Source: an uncultured Gammaproteobacteria bacterium
GTDB lineage: Bacteria > Patescibacteriota > Microgenomatia > 0-14-0-10-38-17
Assembly: GCA_964348895.1 (NCBI GenBank)
Contig: CAYGEH010000001.1
Span: forward strand, 246,610-310,609
Direction: 5' to 3'
DNA: 64,000 nt
Shown here: one piece after another, positions 19,084 through 28,915 of the stretch
Layout of the letters: each line of letters begins with the position of its first letter
How positions within the stretch are numbered: position 1 is the stretch's first letter
Notes under the pieces: generated by a model
The model's input: only the letters and a program-made list of their open reading frames with translations
What the model was told of the DNA's origin: nothing
The model's database searches: none
Position numbers and translations under genes: made by a program

Positions 19084-19710
19084 TTATGCTTGTTTATACA
19101 TTGGTAAAAAAATGGCTGACAAAGGGCTCTTAGATATATTTCTGTGGGAAGCTATCATTGCCATTGTTCCTTCTCCTGCTAAGATCGTATTACTTTGTTG
19201 AGCTAAAAAATCTAAAAAAATGAGATTTTGTAGGGCATGTATTACTTCGTTTAAATTTAATGACGTTATTTTTTTTCTTTTTAATTCGGGTAGCATTGCG
19301 ACAAAATGATTTAGGCTTACTTTTCTTCCATTGATGACAAGTAGTTCCGAATAGTTCATTTCGGACAATGTTGCGCTGGTGAATAACACTCTCGCTTTTT
19401 GGGTGGATTCAAAGGCTTTTCTATAAGCTGAATTATATACTTCCTGTTCATGCTTGCTTCTGTCAAAAACTGCCATTGAAAGAACATCATCCACCAAAAC
19501 TAATAATTTTCCTGATGGGTTGATGTGGTGAGAAACCTCAATATAGCTTAAAAGGTAATCACTTGGAAGTTTTCTTGTCCATGTTGTGAAAGAAAAACTA
19601 TCATTGTCTTGTGGGTTTCCCATGACACCCTTTATCTTCCCTGTTTGTATCAACATATCAATTCGAGCTCTTCTGTTTTCTATGGTTTGTTTTCTTTCTT
19701 CATTGCTCAT
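19084..19710 (-). CDS. Hypothetical protein (AGA-rich codon usage, same compositional block as tyrS)
   Basis: 208-aa ORF, no motif. Confidence 0.4.
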   Translation of the reverse strand: MSNEERKQTIENRRARIDMLIQTGKIKGVMGNPQDNDSFSFTTWTRKLPSDYLLSYIEVSHHINPSGKLLVLVDDVLSMAVFDRSKHEQEVYNSAYRKAFESTQKARVLFTSATLSEMNYSELLVINGRKVSLNHFVAMLPELKRKKITSLNLNEVIHALQNLIFLDFLAQQSNTILAGEGTMAMIASHRNISKSPLSAIFLPMYKQA

Positions 19711-19764
19711 GTTTTTCCGCTCTCTATTGTTAAGTTTATATTGTAGTATAATACTACAAATAAA

Positions 19765-20577
19765 TTGAGCATAAAAAATAGAATAGTTGTTATAACAGAT
19801 TGTACTGATATAGCCGCCAATGAAATAAGGGCAGTTTTGATTTCAGAGCTTGAGAAAATCAATAAAATTGATTCTGTTGAGGTAGAACCATTTATTCACG
19901 CAAAAGAGTTCTCTTTAGTAAACGGAGCTTTTTTAGTACGGTTGATGGCTGACAACTATCGACCTAATACAACTACCTTCTTGGTCGTTCTTAATCCTCT
20001 TAAAACTAATCGCATCGATCGAGCAAGAATACTTGGAAAAACCAAAAACGGCTTCAGGTTTGTAGGAGAAAACACTGGTGTCTTTGGTTGGTTAATTCAG
20101 GAATTTGGCCTTAATGAGATTTACGAGTTTGGCAAAAAGGGACTAGATGGAAAAGGCTTCGTCTCTTTTGGTGGTAAATATATTCATTCCCCTGTTGCCG
20201 CCAGGGTGGCATCGGGAATTGACTTAAGCTTGCTTGGGTCTCGTTTCAATAAAGCAAGAGTAACAAATATCAGTTTTCCCGAGGGCACGGTCTTACATAT
20301 TGACAACTTTGGTATTCCCAAAATATATAAAGAAATTCCCGAGGAGCTAAAAGAAGGCACCATTGTAGAAATTATTGTAAACGGGATTAAAAGGTTAGAA
20401 GCTGTATATACTCATTCTATGAAAAATTTGCCAGACAACACTTGGGCATTATATAAAGGAAGTTCTTTAAACAATTTATCTGAAATTGGCAAAGTGCGAA
20501 GTCTTAATACTCAAAACGAACTGGGAATTTCTGTTGGTGATGTAATACAATGGAATCCCCTAAATAACAGCCGTTAG
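19765..20577 (+). CDS. S-adenosyl-L-methionine hydroxide adenosyltransferase family (DUF62; fluorinase/chlorinase-related SAM hydrolase)
   Basis: N-terminal IVVITDCTD and FGGKYIHSPVAARVASG resemble the DUF62 TDFG and TFHGRDIFAPVAAHLA signatures. Confidence 0.55.
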   Translation: MSIKNRIVVITDCTDIAANEIRAVLISELEKINKIDSVEVEPFIHAKEFSLVNGAFLVRLMADNYRPNTTTFLVVLNPLKTNRIDRARILGKTKNGFRFVGENTGVFGWLIQEFGLNEIYEFGKKGLDGKGFVSFGGKYIHSPVAARVASGIDLSLLGSRFNKARVTNISFPEGTVLHIDNFGIPKIYKEIPEELKEGTIVEIIVNGIKRLEAVYTHSMKNLPDNTWALYKGSSLNNLSEIGKVRSLNTQNELGISVGDVIQWNPLNNSR

Positions 20578-21427
20578 GCTTTGCCGATTCACAATATTTA
20601 TAGTTAAAATAAGCATTAAAAATGCATAAAAGCTACTTGTTGGTTTGTAAGATACGTTAATATGATATGCTAGCGTTCTTTTTTTATTTTAAGCGTTATG
20701 GTCGTTTCGCAACTTAAACCCTTGAGCCTATTTTTGTGGTTTTGATTGTCAATAAAATTCAAAGGCTTATTGTAGGTAGCCTAGAGAATACACCTCTGTC
20801 CCAAAACAAATTAAACTTTTGAAAACACAGATTTTCTTCTGTCCATATTCTTGGCACACTCTCCTTTAATATCTTCTTGAGAGTAAGGATTCATCAGGTT
20901 TCTTTTGCTTTCTTCTTATCTCGTCAGTTAATCGAGGAAAAAGACTATCATCGCTTAGTACTGGTCGAAATGAGCCCTGATCTAACTCCTGGATCTTCTT
21001 ATTTTTTTGTGCTTTGTATTCTGCCGTTAATCCTGGAAAGCCAATTTCTTTATCCATTAACTTCACCCCCCTTCCTTAATTTTTAACTAATATTATCCAT
21101 ATTATATCTTGAGCTTTTAAAACAAACAACTGCTTAACGGTCTCGTTTTAGGATCATGATTTTATCTCAAAAACATCTAACTTCTACAAGGATAAGCGTC
21201 TGTGATGGCTTTCATTTAATACAAGACATATCGTATTGTTCGCTTCATCACATCCCTCTGAAAAAATGTTTAGGCTGTATCAAACACAAGCCAAAAGAAC
21301 TTACAACTCTTAACCAACAGCTATTTGATAAATTGTCATAACTTTAAGAGTACCACTTGAAGGCCAGATCTTAAGAACTCCAGCTGAAGAGTTACTTGCC
21401 TTATTTGCCCCAAAAAGTATCGTTTGG

Positions 21428-21456
21428 TTGACATTATAGGCTCTTTAGACTATAAT
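21428..21456 (+). promoter_or_regulatory. Consensus sigma70-type promoter TTGACA-17nt-TATAAT
   Basis: TTGACA at 21428-21433, TATAAT at 21451-21456, exactly 17-nt spacer. Confidence 0.45.
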
Positions 21457-21465
21457 ACACTTCAA

Positions 21466-21490
21466 TCTACACTTAAAGTGTAGATTTTTT
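21466..21490 (+). terminator. Intrinsic-terminator-like hairpin (8-bp perfect stem TCTACACT/AGTGTAGA, 3-nt loop) plus T6, starting about 10 nt after the promoter -10
   Basis: Read directly from the sequence; sits immediately before the M23 peptidase ORF. Confidence 0.4.
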
Positions 21491-21491
21491 A

Positions 21492-22187
21492 ATGCGCGGG
21501 CGAATACCCCGCTTTATGATAAATATCATAAGCTCGTTCTTTAAGGGTAAAATCAACCCTTCCTTTCTTATTCCCCAAAATCTTAACCAGAGTTTTTTGC
21601 GACTTAAAAATATCCGTAAGGGTAGTCGACTTAGTCGCTTGGGGAGAATTATCACCCAGAAATTTCAAGCCAGTTTTTTGGCTGGACTACTTATTGCCAG
21701 TCTCTCCTTGGGGGGTTTAAATAGCTTGCCTTTTTTAAATAATCGACCAGTTGAGGCCGCCTACAGTTCTGTTATTGTGAGTCAGCCGATCAACATTACT
21801 ACTCAAACCGAAACTACGGTTCAGCTTCCCTTGGCCCCAGGTTCTTTTGGCTTAAGCCAGAGGTTTCATCTTTTCCATCTTGCGGTTGACTTGGCTGCGC
21901 CTATAGGTACACCAATTAAAGCAATTGCCGCTGGAAGAGTGATTATTGCCAATCGTAATGGTTTTGGCTTAGGCAACTACCTGGTTGTTAAGCATAGTGC
22001 TGATTTCTACTCAGTTTATGCTCACTTAAACGAGATCTTAGTCCAAAAAGACCAAGAAATCAACAAAGAGGTTGTTATTGGTACTGTTGGTAACACTGGC
22101 TTCTCTACTGGGCCCCACTTACATTTAGAGGTAATTGTTGACAATCAGAAAATCAACCCTCTAACCGTCCTGCCTGATCTTCGCTAA
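21492..22187 (+). CDS. M23 family (LytM-type) metallopeptidase; true start possibly downstream of the track start
   Basis: HLAVD and GNTGFSTGPHLHLE zinc-binding motifs of peptidase M23. Confidence 0.8.
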   Translation: MRGRIPRFMINIISSFFKGKINPSFLIPQNLNQSFLRLKNIRKGSRLSRLGRIITQKFQASFLAGLLIASLSLGGLNSLPFLNNRPVEAAYSSVIVSQPINITTQTETTVQLPLAPGSFGLSQRFHLFHLAVDLAAPIGTPIKAIAAGRVIIANRNGFGLGNYLVVKHSADFYSVYAHLNEILVQKDQEINKEVVIGTVGNTGFSTGPHLHLEVIVDNQKINPLTVLPDLR

Positions 22188-22306
22188 AACTTTTTGTCTT
22201 TACTTGTTTGGTCAGGTAAAGTAAAAAGCGCTGGTTTTTCTAATTAAGCTATTTTAACTAAAGAGGGCTTGGAGCAAAAAAGAAGCTAAAAAATAAAACA
22301 GAAGCA

Positions 22307-23965
22307 TTACATTCCCATTCCTGCCATGTCTCCCATACCACCAGGGATAGATCCAGAGGACTTTTCTTTCTCCTCAGGCTTCTCGACAATCATTGCTTCA
22401 GTTGTTAGGGCCATAATTCCCACTGAAACAGCATTTTGTAGAGCCAATCTAGTTACTTTTAACGGATCAATAATACCAGCTTGAGTTAAATTAACAAACT
22501 CTCCAGTTAGGGCATTATATCCATAATTTCCTTTTAGCTCTTTATTCTTTACCAGTTTTTCTTCAGTTTTGGCTACCACATAGCCTGCATCAGCTCCAGC
22601 GTTTTTAGCCAACCATCTGGCAGGTTGTTCTAGAGCTAGGTAAAGAATTTTAACACCTACTGCTTCTTCTTCGTTGTCGGTTTTTAGGTCCTTTAGCGCT
22701 TGACGAGCAAAAATTAAAGAAGATCCTCCGCCAGGAATAACTCCCTCTTCTACTGCCGCCTTGGTGGCCTCAACAGCATCTTTAACTCGCTCTTTTTTCT
22801 CTGACAACTCAACTTCGGTGGCCGCCCCAACATTAATTTGGGCCACTCCTCCAGCTAGTTTTGCCAATCGCTCTTCAAGTTTCTCTCGATCAAAGTCTGA
22901 ATCAGTTTCTTTAATTGACTGGCGAATTTGAGCAACTCTTTTAGCAATTTCTGCCTCTTTCCCTTTTCCTCCGATAATCCGTGTACTTTCTTTGTTGGCC
23001 CAAACTTTATCAGCCTGACCACAGTCTTCGGGTTTAATTGAATCAAGTTTACGACCTGTTTCTTCAGAAATTACTGTTCCTCCAGTTAGAATGGCAATAT
23101 CTGAAAGCATTTCCTTTTTACGATCACCAAAACCAGGAGCCTTAACTGCCAAAATACTAAAAGTACCACGAAGCTTGTTAACTACCAAGGTAGCTAAAGC
23201 TTCTCCATCAAGATCGTCAGCGATAATAACAATATTCTTAGAGGTTTGAATGAGTCTTTCAAGAGAGGGCAAAATATCGGAAATGGCGGAAATTTTTTGA
23301 TCAGTGATGATAATATAGGGATTTTCAATTTCAGCTTCCATTGTTTCTGCGTTAGTAACAAAATAGGGGGAAACATAGCCTTCGTCAAACTCCATTCCCT
23401 CTTTATATTCAATCTCTAGCTCCAAACCCTTAGATTCTTCAACAGTCACCACACCATCAGAACCCACTTTACTTATAGCTTCAGCAATCTTCTGGCCAAT
23501 ATTGGCATCACCAGCAGAGATAGTCGCGATATTCTCAATGTCAGAGTTGTCCTTGATCTCTTTTTTAATTTTTTCTAATTGACCAACTGCCGCCTCTAGA
23601 CCTTTTTCCAGCCCTCGACGAAGAACCATGGGGTTCGTTCCAGCAGTAACATTTTTCATTCCTTCAGCAATAATCGAGTAAGCCAAAAGAGTGGCGGTAG
23701 TAGTTCCGTCGCCAGCATTGTCGTTGGTTTTAGAAGCCGCTTCCTTTACCAACTGGGCTCCCATATTTTCAAATTTATCCTCTAATTCAACTTCTTTTGC
23801 TACGGTTACTCCATCATGAACCACTTGTGGGGACCCCCAAGACTTTTCAATCGCCACATTGCGACCACGGGGACCCAGGGTTGTTACTACCGCTTTAGAT
23901 AGAAGCTCTGCCCCTTTTAAAATTTTCTGTCTTGCTTCTGAGCCAAAAATAATTTGTTTTGCCAT
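22307..23965 (-). CDS. groEL: Chaperonin GroEL
   Basis: Full-length Cpn60 with C-terminal GGM repeats (MGDMAGMGM). Confidence 0.95.
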   Translation of the reverse strand: MAKQIIFGSEARQKILKGAELLSKAVVTTLGPRGRNVAIEKSWGSPQVVHDGVTVAKEVELEDKFENMGAQLVKEAASKTNDNAGDGTTTATLLAYSIIAEGMKNVTAGTNPMVLRRGLEKGLEAAVGQLEKIKKEIKDNSDIENIATISAGDANIGQKIAEAISKVGSDGVVTVEESKGLELEIEYKEGMEFDEGYVSPYFVTNAETMEAEIENPYIIITDQKISAISDILPSLERLIQTSKNIVIIADDLDGEALATLVVNKLRGTFSILAVKAPGFGDRKKEMLSDIAILTGGTVISEETGRKLDSIKPEDCGQADKVWANKESTRIIGGKGKEAEIAKRVAQIRQSIKETDSDFDREKLEERLAKLAGGVAQINVGAATEVELSEKKERVKDAVEATKAAVEEGVIPGGGSSLIFARQALKDLKTDNEEEAVGVKILYLALEQPARWLAKNAGADAGYVVAKTEEKLVKNKELKGNYGYNALTGEFVNLTQAGIIDPLKVTRLALQNAVSVGIMALTTEAMIVEKPEEKEKSSGSIPGGMGDMAGMGM

Positions 23966-23991
23966 AATAATTTAATAAACTAAGTCTTTAG

Positions 23992-24294
23992 TCAACAAAC
24001 AACAGCTAAAATATCTTCAAATTTAATAAACAAATACTCTTTATCGCCCTCTTTGTATTCGTTTCCGCCCCACTCTTTATAAATAACCGTGTCACCCTTT
24101 TTACAAGGAGGGCTTACTTTAGCCCCAGACTCCGTTACTTGATCTGACCCTACTGCCAAAACCTGACCTTTTTGAGGTTTTTCTTCGTGAGAGTCAGGGA
24201 GAACAATACCAGAGGCGGTTCTTTTTTCCGTTTCAGCTGGCGAAACCAGAACATAACCAGAAGCGGGTTGTAGTTTAATCGTTTTCATTACCAT
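23992..24294 (-). CDS. groES: Co-chaperonin GroES
   Basis: Cpn10 fold, immediately upstream of groEL. Confidence 0.95.
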   Translation of the reverse strand: MVMKTIKLQPASGYVLVSPAETEKRTASGIVLPDSHEEKPQKGQVLAVGSDQVTESGAKVSPPCKKGDTVIYKEWGGNEYKEGDKEYLFIKFEDILAVVC

Positions 24295-24323
24295 AAATTT
24301 TTTTTAAGGAAGTTCAAAAAAAA

Positions 24324-24344
24324 TTATCACTTTTAAGGGTGATA
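24324..24344 (-). promoter_or_regulatory. CIRCE-like inverted repeat TTATCAC-N7-GTGATAA (putative HrcA operator) between the promoter -10 and groES
   Basis: 7-bp perfect arms. Same position and arrangement as the CIRCE TTAGCACTC-N9-GAGTGCTAA. Confidence 0.4.
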
Positions 24345-24353
24345 ATTGTCCCT

Positions 24354-24382
24354 ATTCTAATCACCAAGGTTAATCTTGTCAA
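24354..24382 (-). promoter_or_regulatory. groESL promoter TTGACA-17nt-TAGAAT (minus strand)
   Basis: Plus-strand tgtcaa at 24377-24382 and attcta at 24354-24359. Confidence 0.45.
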
Positions 24383-24405
24383 GGGGTTTTTTTTAAAATA
24401 ACCGC

Positions 24406-25317
24406 TTATATTAACTCTTTAGAACCGAAAAACGCCTCCCAATCTTTTTCAAAACGAGTCAAAATTCTCTGTCGCTGATCTTGAGGGTGAAAAAATAGTT
24501 GCCGATCTTTACTTTCTATTAGGCGACGATGTTGTTTGGCATAGGCCAACTGACCAGCCATCAGCACTTTCTCTAACCAGCTGCTCTTAGTTTTTTTACT
24601 TTCAAAAGTGGGTGATTGTGTTAAGAACTGTTCCCCTAAACGCTTCTGATAGATTTGCGGCAAATAATTGGCCAGCCAGCTATTATCAAGCAGAAATTGC
24701 TGATAAAGCTTTTTGTCTCCAGCAACAGGAAGTAGTTGCAGGGCTTCGTGGGCAGTATAAAAGTCTCGTCTTTTTTGGGGAAGATTTAAGTTATTGCTTT
24801 CCAAAAAGAGATTAAGACAAATTTTGTCAGGCGCTTCTTTTTTTTCAGGACGACGACGCAAGCCAAGAAGCTCTGTTAGTAAAATACTGGCCATTCTCGC
24901 CCGAAAAAGTGCTCCGGGTAGCCCAATAATCATTAAGTCAATATCATCTTTCTTTTCTGCCGCCCTCATCGCTAAATTCCCACTAATAGCCACCATTCCC
25001 ACCCAGGGTAGGCTTGCCAGTCTTTGGCCGATTAGCTTTGCTTTGACAATTTTAAGATCCGAAACAAGCTCTCTTTTAAGGCGACCGCTTATAATTTCTT
25101 TTTCTTGTTTTAAAAAGTAAAAGGGAGATTGATACCCAATCTTATTTTGCTCAACCAAAAAATTAAGCTGTTCATAAACTTTTTTTAATCTTGCTCTTTG
25201 GGGCAACCACAACCAAACTTCTTTTGCCGTTAGAGGATAAGAAAACAAATTAGAATAAATCAATGTCGCCAAAACAGCCCTTTCTAGGTTTAGAAACTTT
25301 TTATTAAAAAAGTTCAT
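24406..25317 (-). CDS. Nucleotidyltransferase-fold domain protein (minimal NTase motif GNLAMRAAEKKDDIDLMII)
   Basis: GS-x9-DxD-type motif only. Confidence 0.4.
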   Translation of the reverse strand: MNFFNKKFLNLERAVLATLIYSNLFSYPLTAKEVWLWLPQRARLKKVYEQLNFLVEQNKIGYQSPFYFLKQEKEIISGRLKRELVSDLKIVKAKLIGQRLASLPWVGMVAISGNLAMRAAEKKDDIDLMIIGLPGALFRARMASILLTELLGLRRRPEKKEAPDKICLNLFLESNNLNLPQKRRDFYTAHEALQLLPVAGDKKLYQQFLLDNSWLANYLPQIYQKRLGEQFLTQSPTFESKKTKSSWLEKVLMAGQLAYAKQHRRLIESKDRQLFFHPQDQRQRILTRFEKDWEAFFGSKELI

Positions 25318-26801
25318 AGCCTACCAGCCCGATATCTATCTAGTATTGAGGCTACTCCTTGCGTTACCGTTGTTTCCAGCTCTGAGTCAGCTCCCCTTAG
25401 AGATCGATTAACAGCATCCTCAAAATATTTGATAATACTATCATTGATGCCGTTATCAAAAGTACGTGATGACAAATACCAGCTTTTAGCGTCTTGGCCT
25501 TGTTCAATAAAAGGCGCCAAAAGTGGGTCACTTTTCAGTTGATCAGCCATATCAATTCGAGGATAGAGTTGACCAATATAATGAACCTGACTCCCCGCCT
25601 TAAAAATTCGCTCTAAAGACTCTTTGGTTGACAAGAACTCTAAAAATTTCCAAGCGGCGGCTTGTTTCTCAGACCGAACCGAAACTCCTTCTACCCAAAA
25701 GGTTGCCCAAGTTACCGCTTCCCTTCCTGGTAATTGAGGCACCGGCACCACCCCAAACTCCAGGTCGGGATTAAGCTCATTAATATTGATTATTCTCCAA
25801 GAGGGGGCAAAAAAAAGAGCCAGTTTACCTCCAGCAAAGGCCCGAGTAGAATTCGGTAGGGTTTCATCCCAAACTTGATCCTGCCTAGAAAATACCATAA
25901 AAAAGTCTAGAGCTTGTTGAGCGTCAACTCCATATGGCCCAGCAATTTGGGCACCATTTTGAATCATCATTAACCCCAGAATATCGCTCCAGTGGTCAAC
26001 ATTAGAAGCCGCCCCCATTGCCGCTCCAGCCTGCAAAATCCGACCATTTTCATCACGAACCGTGAGCTGGTTGGCAATTTGTCGAAACTGATCCCAATCC
26101 TGAGGAGGGCTAAGCTGATTCTCAGCAAAAATAGTTTTATTATAAAAAAGAGCTAGACTATCAAACATTAAAGGTAAACCATAAAAATTACCCTGAGAAA
26201 ACCATGACTCTCTAACAACTGGATAATAATTTGTTTCTAAAGACAAAGATTGAACTAAATCAGGCGGCACTGGAGCCAGGTCATTAATAAACATCGGCAA
26301 CCAAGTATTATGAATCCGAAAAATATCTGGTCCGGTTCCCGAAGCTAGGGCAGATTGAAGTCGCTGACGATAATCAATAACATTCTGTTGGGTATAGTTA
26401 ATCTTAATTCTAGGGTTTTCCTTTTCAAACTCCTCAATCAGGCCAGCCATAACTGACTCTGGCTCCCATAGTCCCCAGTAAGTAATCTGCGTTTCCTGGC
26501 CGGGAGCCAGCGGTGAGTCTTGATTCTGCCACCAAAAATAACCCCCCGCTCCCAAGATCAATAAAACAACAATTACCAATAATGGCTTTAACCAATTAAA
26601 TGACTTTTTGCTAGTCAAATCTTTTGTTGGCAGAGGATTTGCAGAAGAATCAGGACTGGTTACAGGCGGAGGAGCGCTTTCAACCGAGAAAGGCAGGGGA
26701 GTAGCAGACTCCACTGTTTGATTTGTGGTAGAAGCCGACTGCCCAAATGGGCCCCCACTTGATCGAGGCGGTCGATTGATTAAAGACTTAACGTCAATCA
26801 T
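25314..26801 (-). CDS. ABC transporter extracellular solute-binding protein (family 1, sugar-type) with Pro-rich N-terminus and TM anchor
   Basis: SBP_bac_1-like sequence after the TM. 4-nt overlap with the downstream gene. Confidence 0.65.
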   Translation of the reverse strand: MIDVKSLINRPPRSSGGPFGQSASTTNQTVESATPLPFSVESAPPPVTSPDSSANPLPTKDLTSKKSFNWLKPLLVIVVLLILGAGGYFWWQNQDSPLAPGQETQITYWGLWEPESVMAGLIEEFEKENPRIKINYTQQNVIDYRQRLQSALASGTGPDIFRIHNTWLPMFINDLAPVPPDLVQSLSLETNYYPVVRESWFSQGNFYGLPLMFDSLALFYNKTIFAENQLSPPQDWDQFRQIANQLTVRDENGRILQAGAAMGAASNVDHWSDILGLMMIQNGAQIAGPYGVDAQQALDFFMVFSRQDQVWDETLPNSTRAFAGGKLALFFAPSWRIININELNPDLEFGVVPVPQLPGREAVTWATFWVEGVSVRSEKQAAAWKFLEFLSTKESLERIFKAGSQVHYIGQLYPRIDMADQLKSDPLLAPFIEQGQDAKSWYLSSRTFDNGINDSIIKYFEDAVNRSLRGADSELETTVTQGVASILDRYRAGRL

Positions 26802-27027
26802 AAAGTTTAAGAATTAACCATTAATATCATATAATACAAACGGGCCAACAAACAAGAACAAATCCTTAAAAATTTTTTAAAGATTTATTTTTTGAAAACC
26901 TTTGATTTTTTTATTGCCCCTAAATCTATTTGATTATTCTTAAAAAGCTGTGTCTAGTTAAATAATGGTTTTTTCACTTTTTATTTGATTTTAAAAAACC
27001 TGCTTTTTTTCATTTTTTAAAAGAATT

Positions 27028-28758
27028 ATGATTAAAAAAATCACTAAATTGGCTTGTCTTGGGTTATTAGTCTTGGTCTTACTTGTCCCGATTGCTTATG
27101 AACTAGCTTATTACGGAAAAATTTATCCTGGCATTACTGTTTCGGGTATTAACTTAGGTAATTTAACCCCTCAACAGGCGCAAAGAAAGTTAGAAAAAGA
27201 AATTACTAAAAAAACTCCGCCCATCATTGAACTTCAATTTGAGGATCAAGAATGGCAGCTAACAACAGAAACAGTCAGGGTTAGATTTGATTTTGATCAG
27301 GCAATAAGCTCGGCTTACCAGTTGGGCAGAAGGGGTAATCTTCTTAATCGAACTAAAGAAAAGGTTAATGCCTGGAAAAACAAAACGAACCTTGAGCTAG
27401 AGTGGCAACTTGATCAGAAAGCCATCGAAACTAAGGTTAAAGAAATCGCCAAAACCTTCGATAATCCCGGCAAACCAACCGAAGTTTTCTACCGAGGAAC
27501 TAGAATCTTTATTAGTCCGGGTCAAGAAGGATTATTGGTTGAGCAAAAAGAGCTAACAAGGCTTATTGTCGAACACCTTACTACTTTAAGCACGAGAACA
27601 ATTCTTATTCCGACCAGAGTCGTCAATTCTGTTCCCGATCAAAACACCATTAGCCGTCTTCAGGAACAGGCTCTTTCCTTAACCGGAAAAAGATTAATTG
27701 TAAGTTTAGAAGAAGAGAACTTTATCATCAGTGATATTAGCTTAATTAGTTTCCTCCATTACAATCCCGCCACCGCTCAAAACAATATTACAAGATGGAT
27801 CGCTGACTTTGCTGGTCAAGTTGATCGGCTTCCCCAAAACGCCAGGTTTGGTTTTCAAGACGGAGAACTTAACGTAATCAGACCATCTTTCTCTGGTCAA
27901 AAGATAGACCAGGAGGCTTTGCTTACTTTAATTGAATCCAGTCAGCAGCAACTAATTGATCAAAATAACTCTGAGCTTAGTTTTCCTTTGCCTGTTCAAA
28001 CTATTTCGCCTCAAATCGAAGCCGAAGAGGCCGACTCGCTAGGAATTATTGAAAGAATTGGTCGAGGCGAGTCATACTACCGTGGCTCATCGGCTTCCCG
28101 AGTTAACAATATTAGAGTTGCCAGCGAAGAGTTAACTGGTCAACTAGTCGCCCCTGATGAGGTTTTTTCTTTTAATCTAGCTCTGGGGGAAATTTCTGTT
28201 CAAACTGGCTATCAAACTGGCTACATTATCAAAGATGGTCGAACCATTCCCGGCATTGGCGGTGGAGTTTGCCAGGTTTCTACTACTCTCTTTCGAACCA
28301 TTCTTGATGCTGGCTTGCCAATAAAAGAAAGACATCCCCATGCCTATCGGGTTGGCGTTTACGAACAAGAGTCCCGCCCAGGCCTAGACGCCACCGTATT
28401 CGCCCCCCAACCTGATTTTAAGTTTAAAAATGACACCAAACACTATATTCTAATTCAAACTCAATTTTTACCCAAAGAGTGGAAGCTAATCATCGATCTT
28501 TATGGTACTCACGATGGTCGTCGAAGCACTCTCTCTAATTTTCGCCTCTGGGACATCACCCCTCCCCCCCTGGCTCTTTATCTTGATGACCCCACCCTCC
28601 CTGCTGGAGAAATCAAACAAATTGATTGGGCTGCTTACGGTGCCAAAGCGGCCTTCGATTGGGAAGTTGTTCGCGATGACAAGATTTTACAAAAAGAAAC
28701 TTTTTATTCTTATTATCGAGCCTGGCAAGCCAAATACTTGCGAGGAACCAGAGAATAA
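27028..28758 (+). CDS. VanW family protein
   Basis: GIGGGVCQVSTTLF VanW core motif, N-terminal TM. Confidence 0.75.
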   Translation: MIKKITKLACLGLLVLVLLVPIAYELAYYGKIYPGITVSGINLGNLTPQQAQRKLEKEITKKTPPIIELQFEDQEWQLTTETVRVRFDFDQAISSAYQLGRRGNLLNRTKEKVNAWKNKTNLELEWQLDQKAIETKVKEIAKTFDNPGKPTEVFYRGTRIFISPGQEGLLVEQKELTRLIVEHLTTLSTRTILIPTRVVNSVPDQNTISRLQEQALSLTGKRLIVSLEEENFIISDISLISFLHYNPATAQNNITRWIADFAGQVDRLPQNARFGFQDGELNVIRPSFSGQKIDQEALLTLIESSQQQLIDQNNSELSFPLPVQTISPQIEAEEADSLGIIERIGRGESYYRGSSASRVNNIRVASEELTGQLVAPDEVFSFNLALGEISVQTGYQTGYIIKDGRTIPGIGGGVCQVSTTLFRTILDAGLPIKERHPHAYRVGVYEQESRPGLDATVFAPQPDFKFKNDTKHYILIQTQFLPKEWKLIIDLYGTHDGRRSTLSNFRLWDITPPPLALYLDDPTLPAGEIKQIDWAAYGAKAAFDWEVVRDDKILQKETFYSYYRAWQAKYLRGTRE

Positions 28759-28915
28759 AAGGTGTTGTTCTTTCTCAAACAAAAATAAAGTTGTCGTAAA
28801 GACTTTGCTTTCAAACTTAAGCCAAAAAAAACAATTAAATCAAAAAAATTAACTTTTCTTGTCTTAATTTTAAACTTGTTAATTATATAGTGTCGTTAAA
28901 AATTAAAAATTAATT

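Noticed and set aside
22855-23412. 63-aa and 72-aa minus-strand ORFs inside groEL
   Set aside because: Alternative-frame ORFs within a highly conserved gene.
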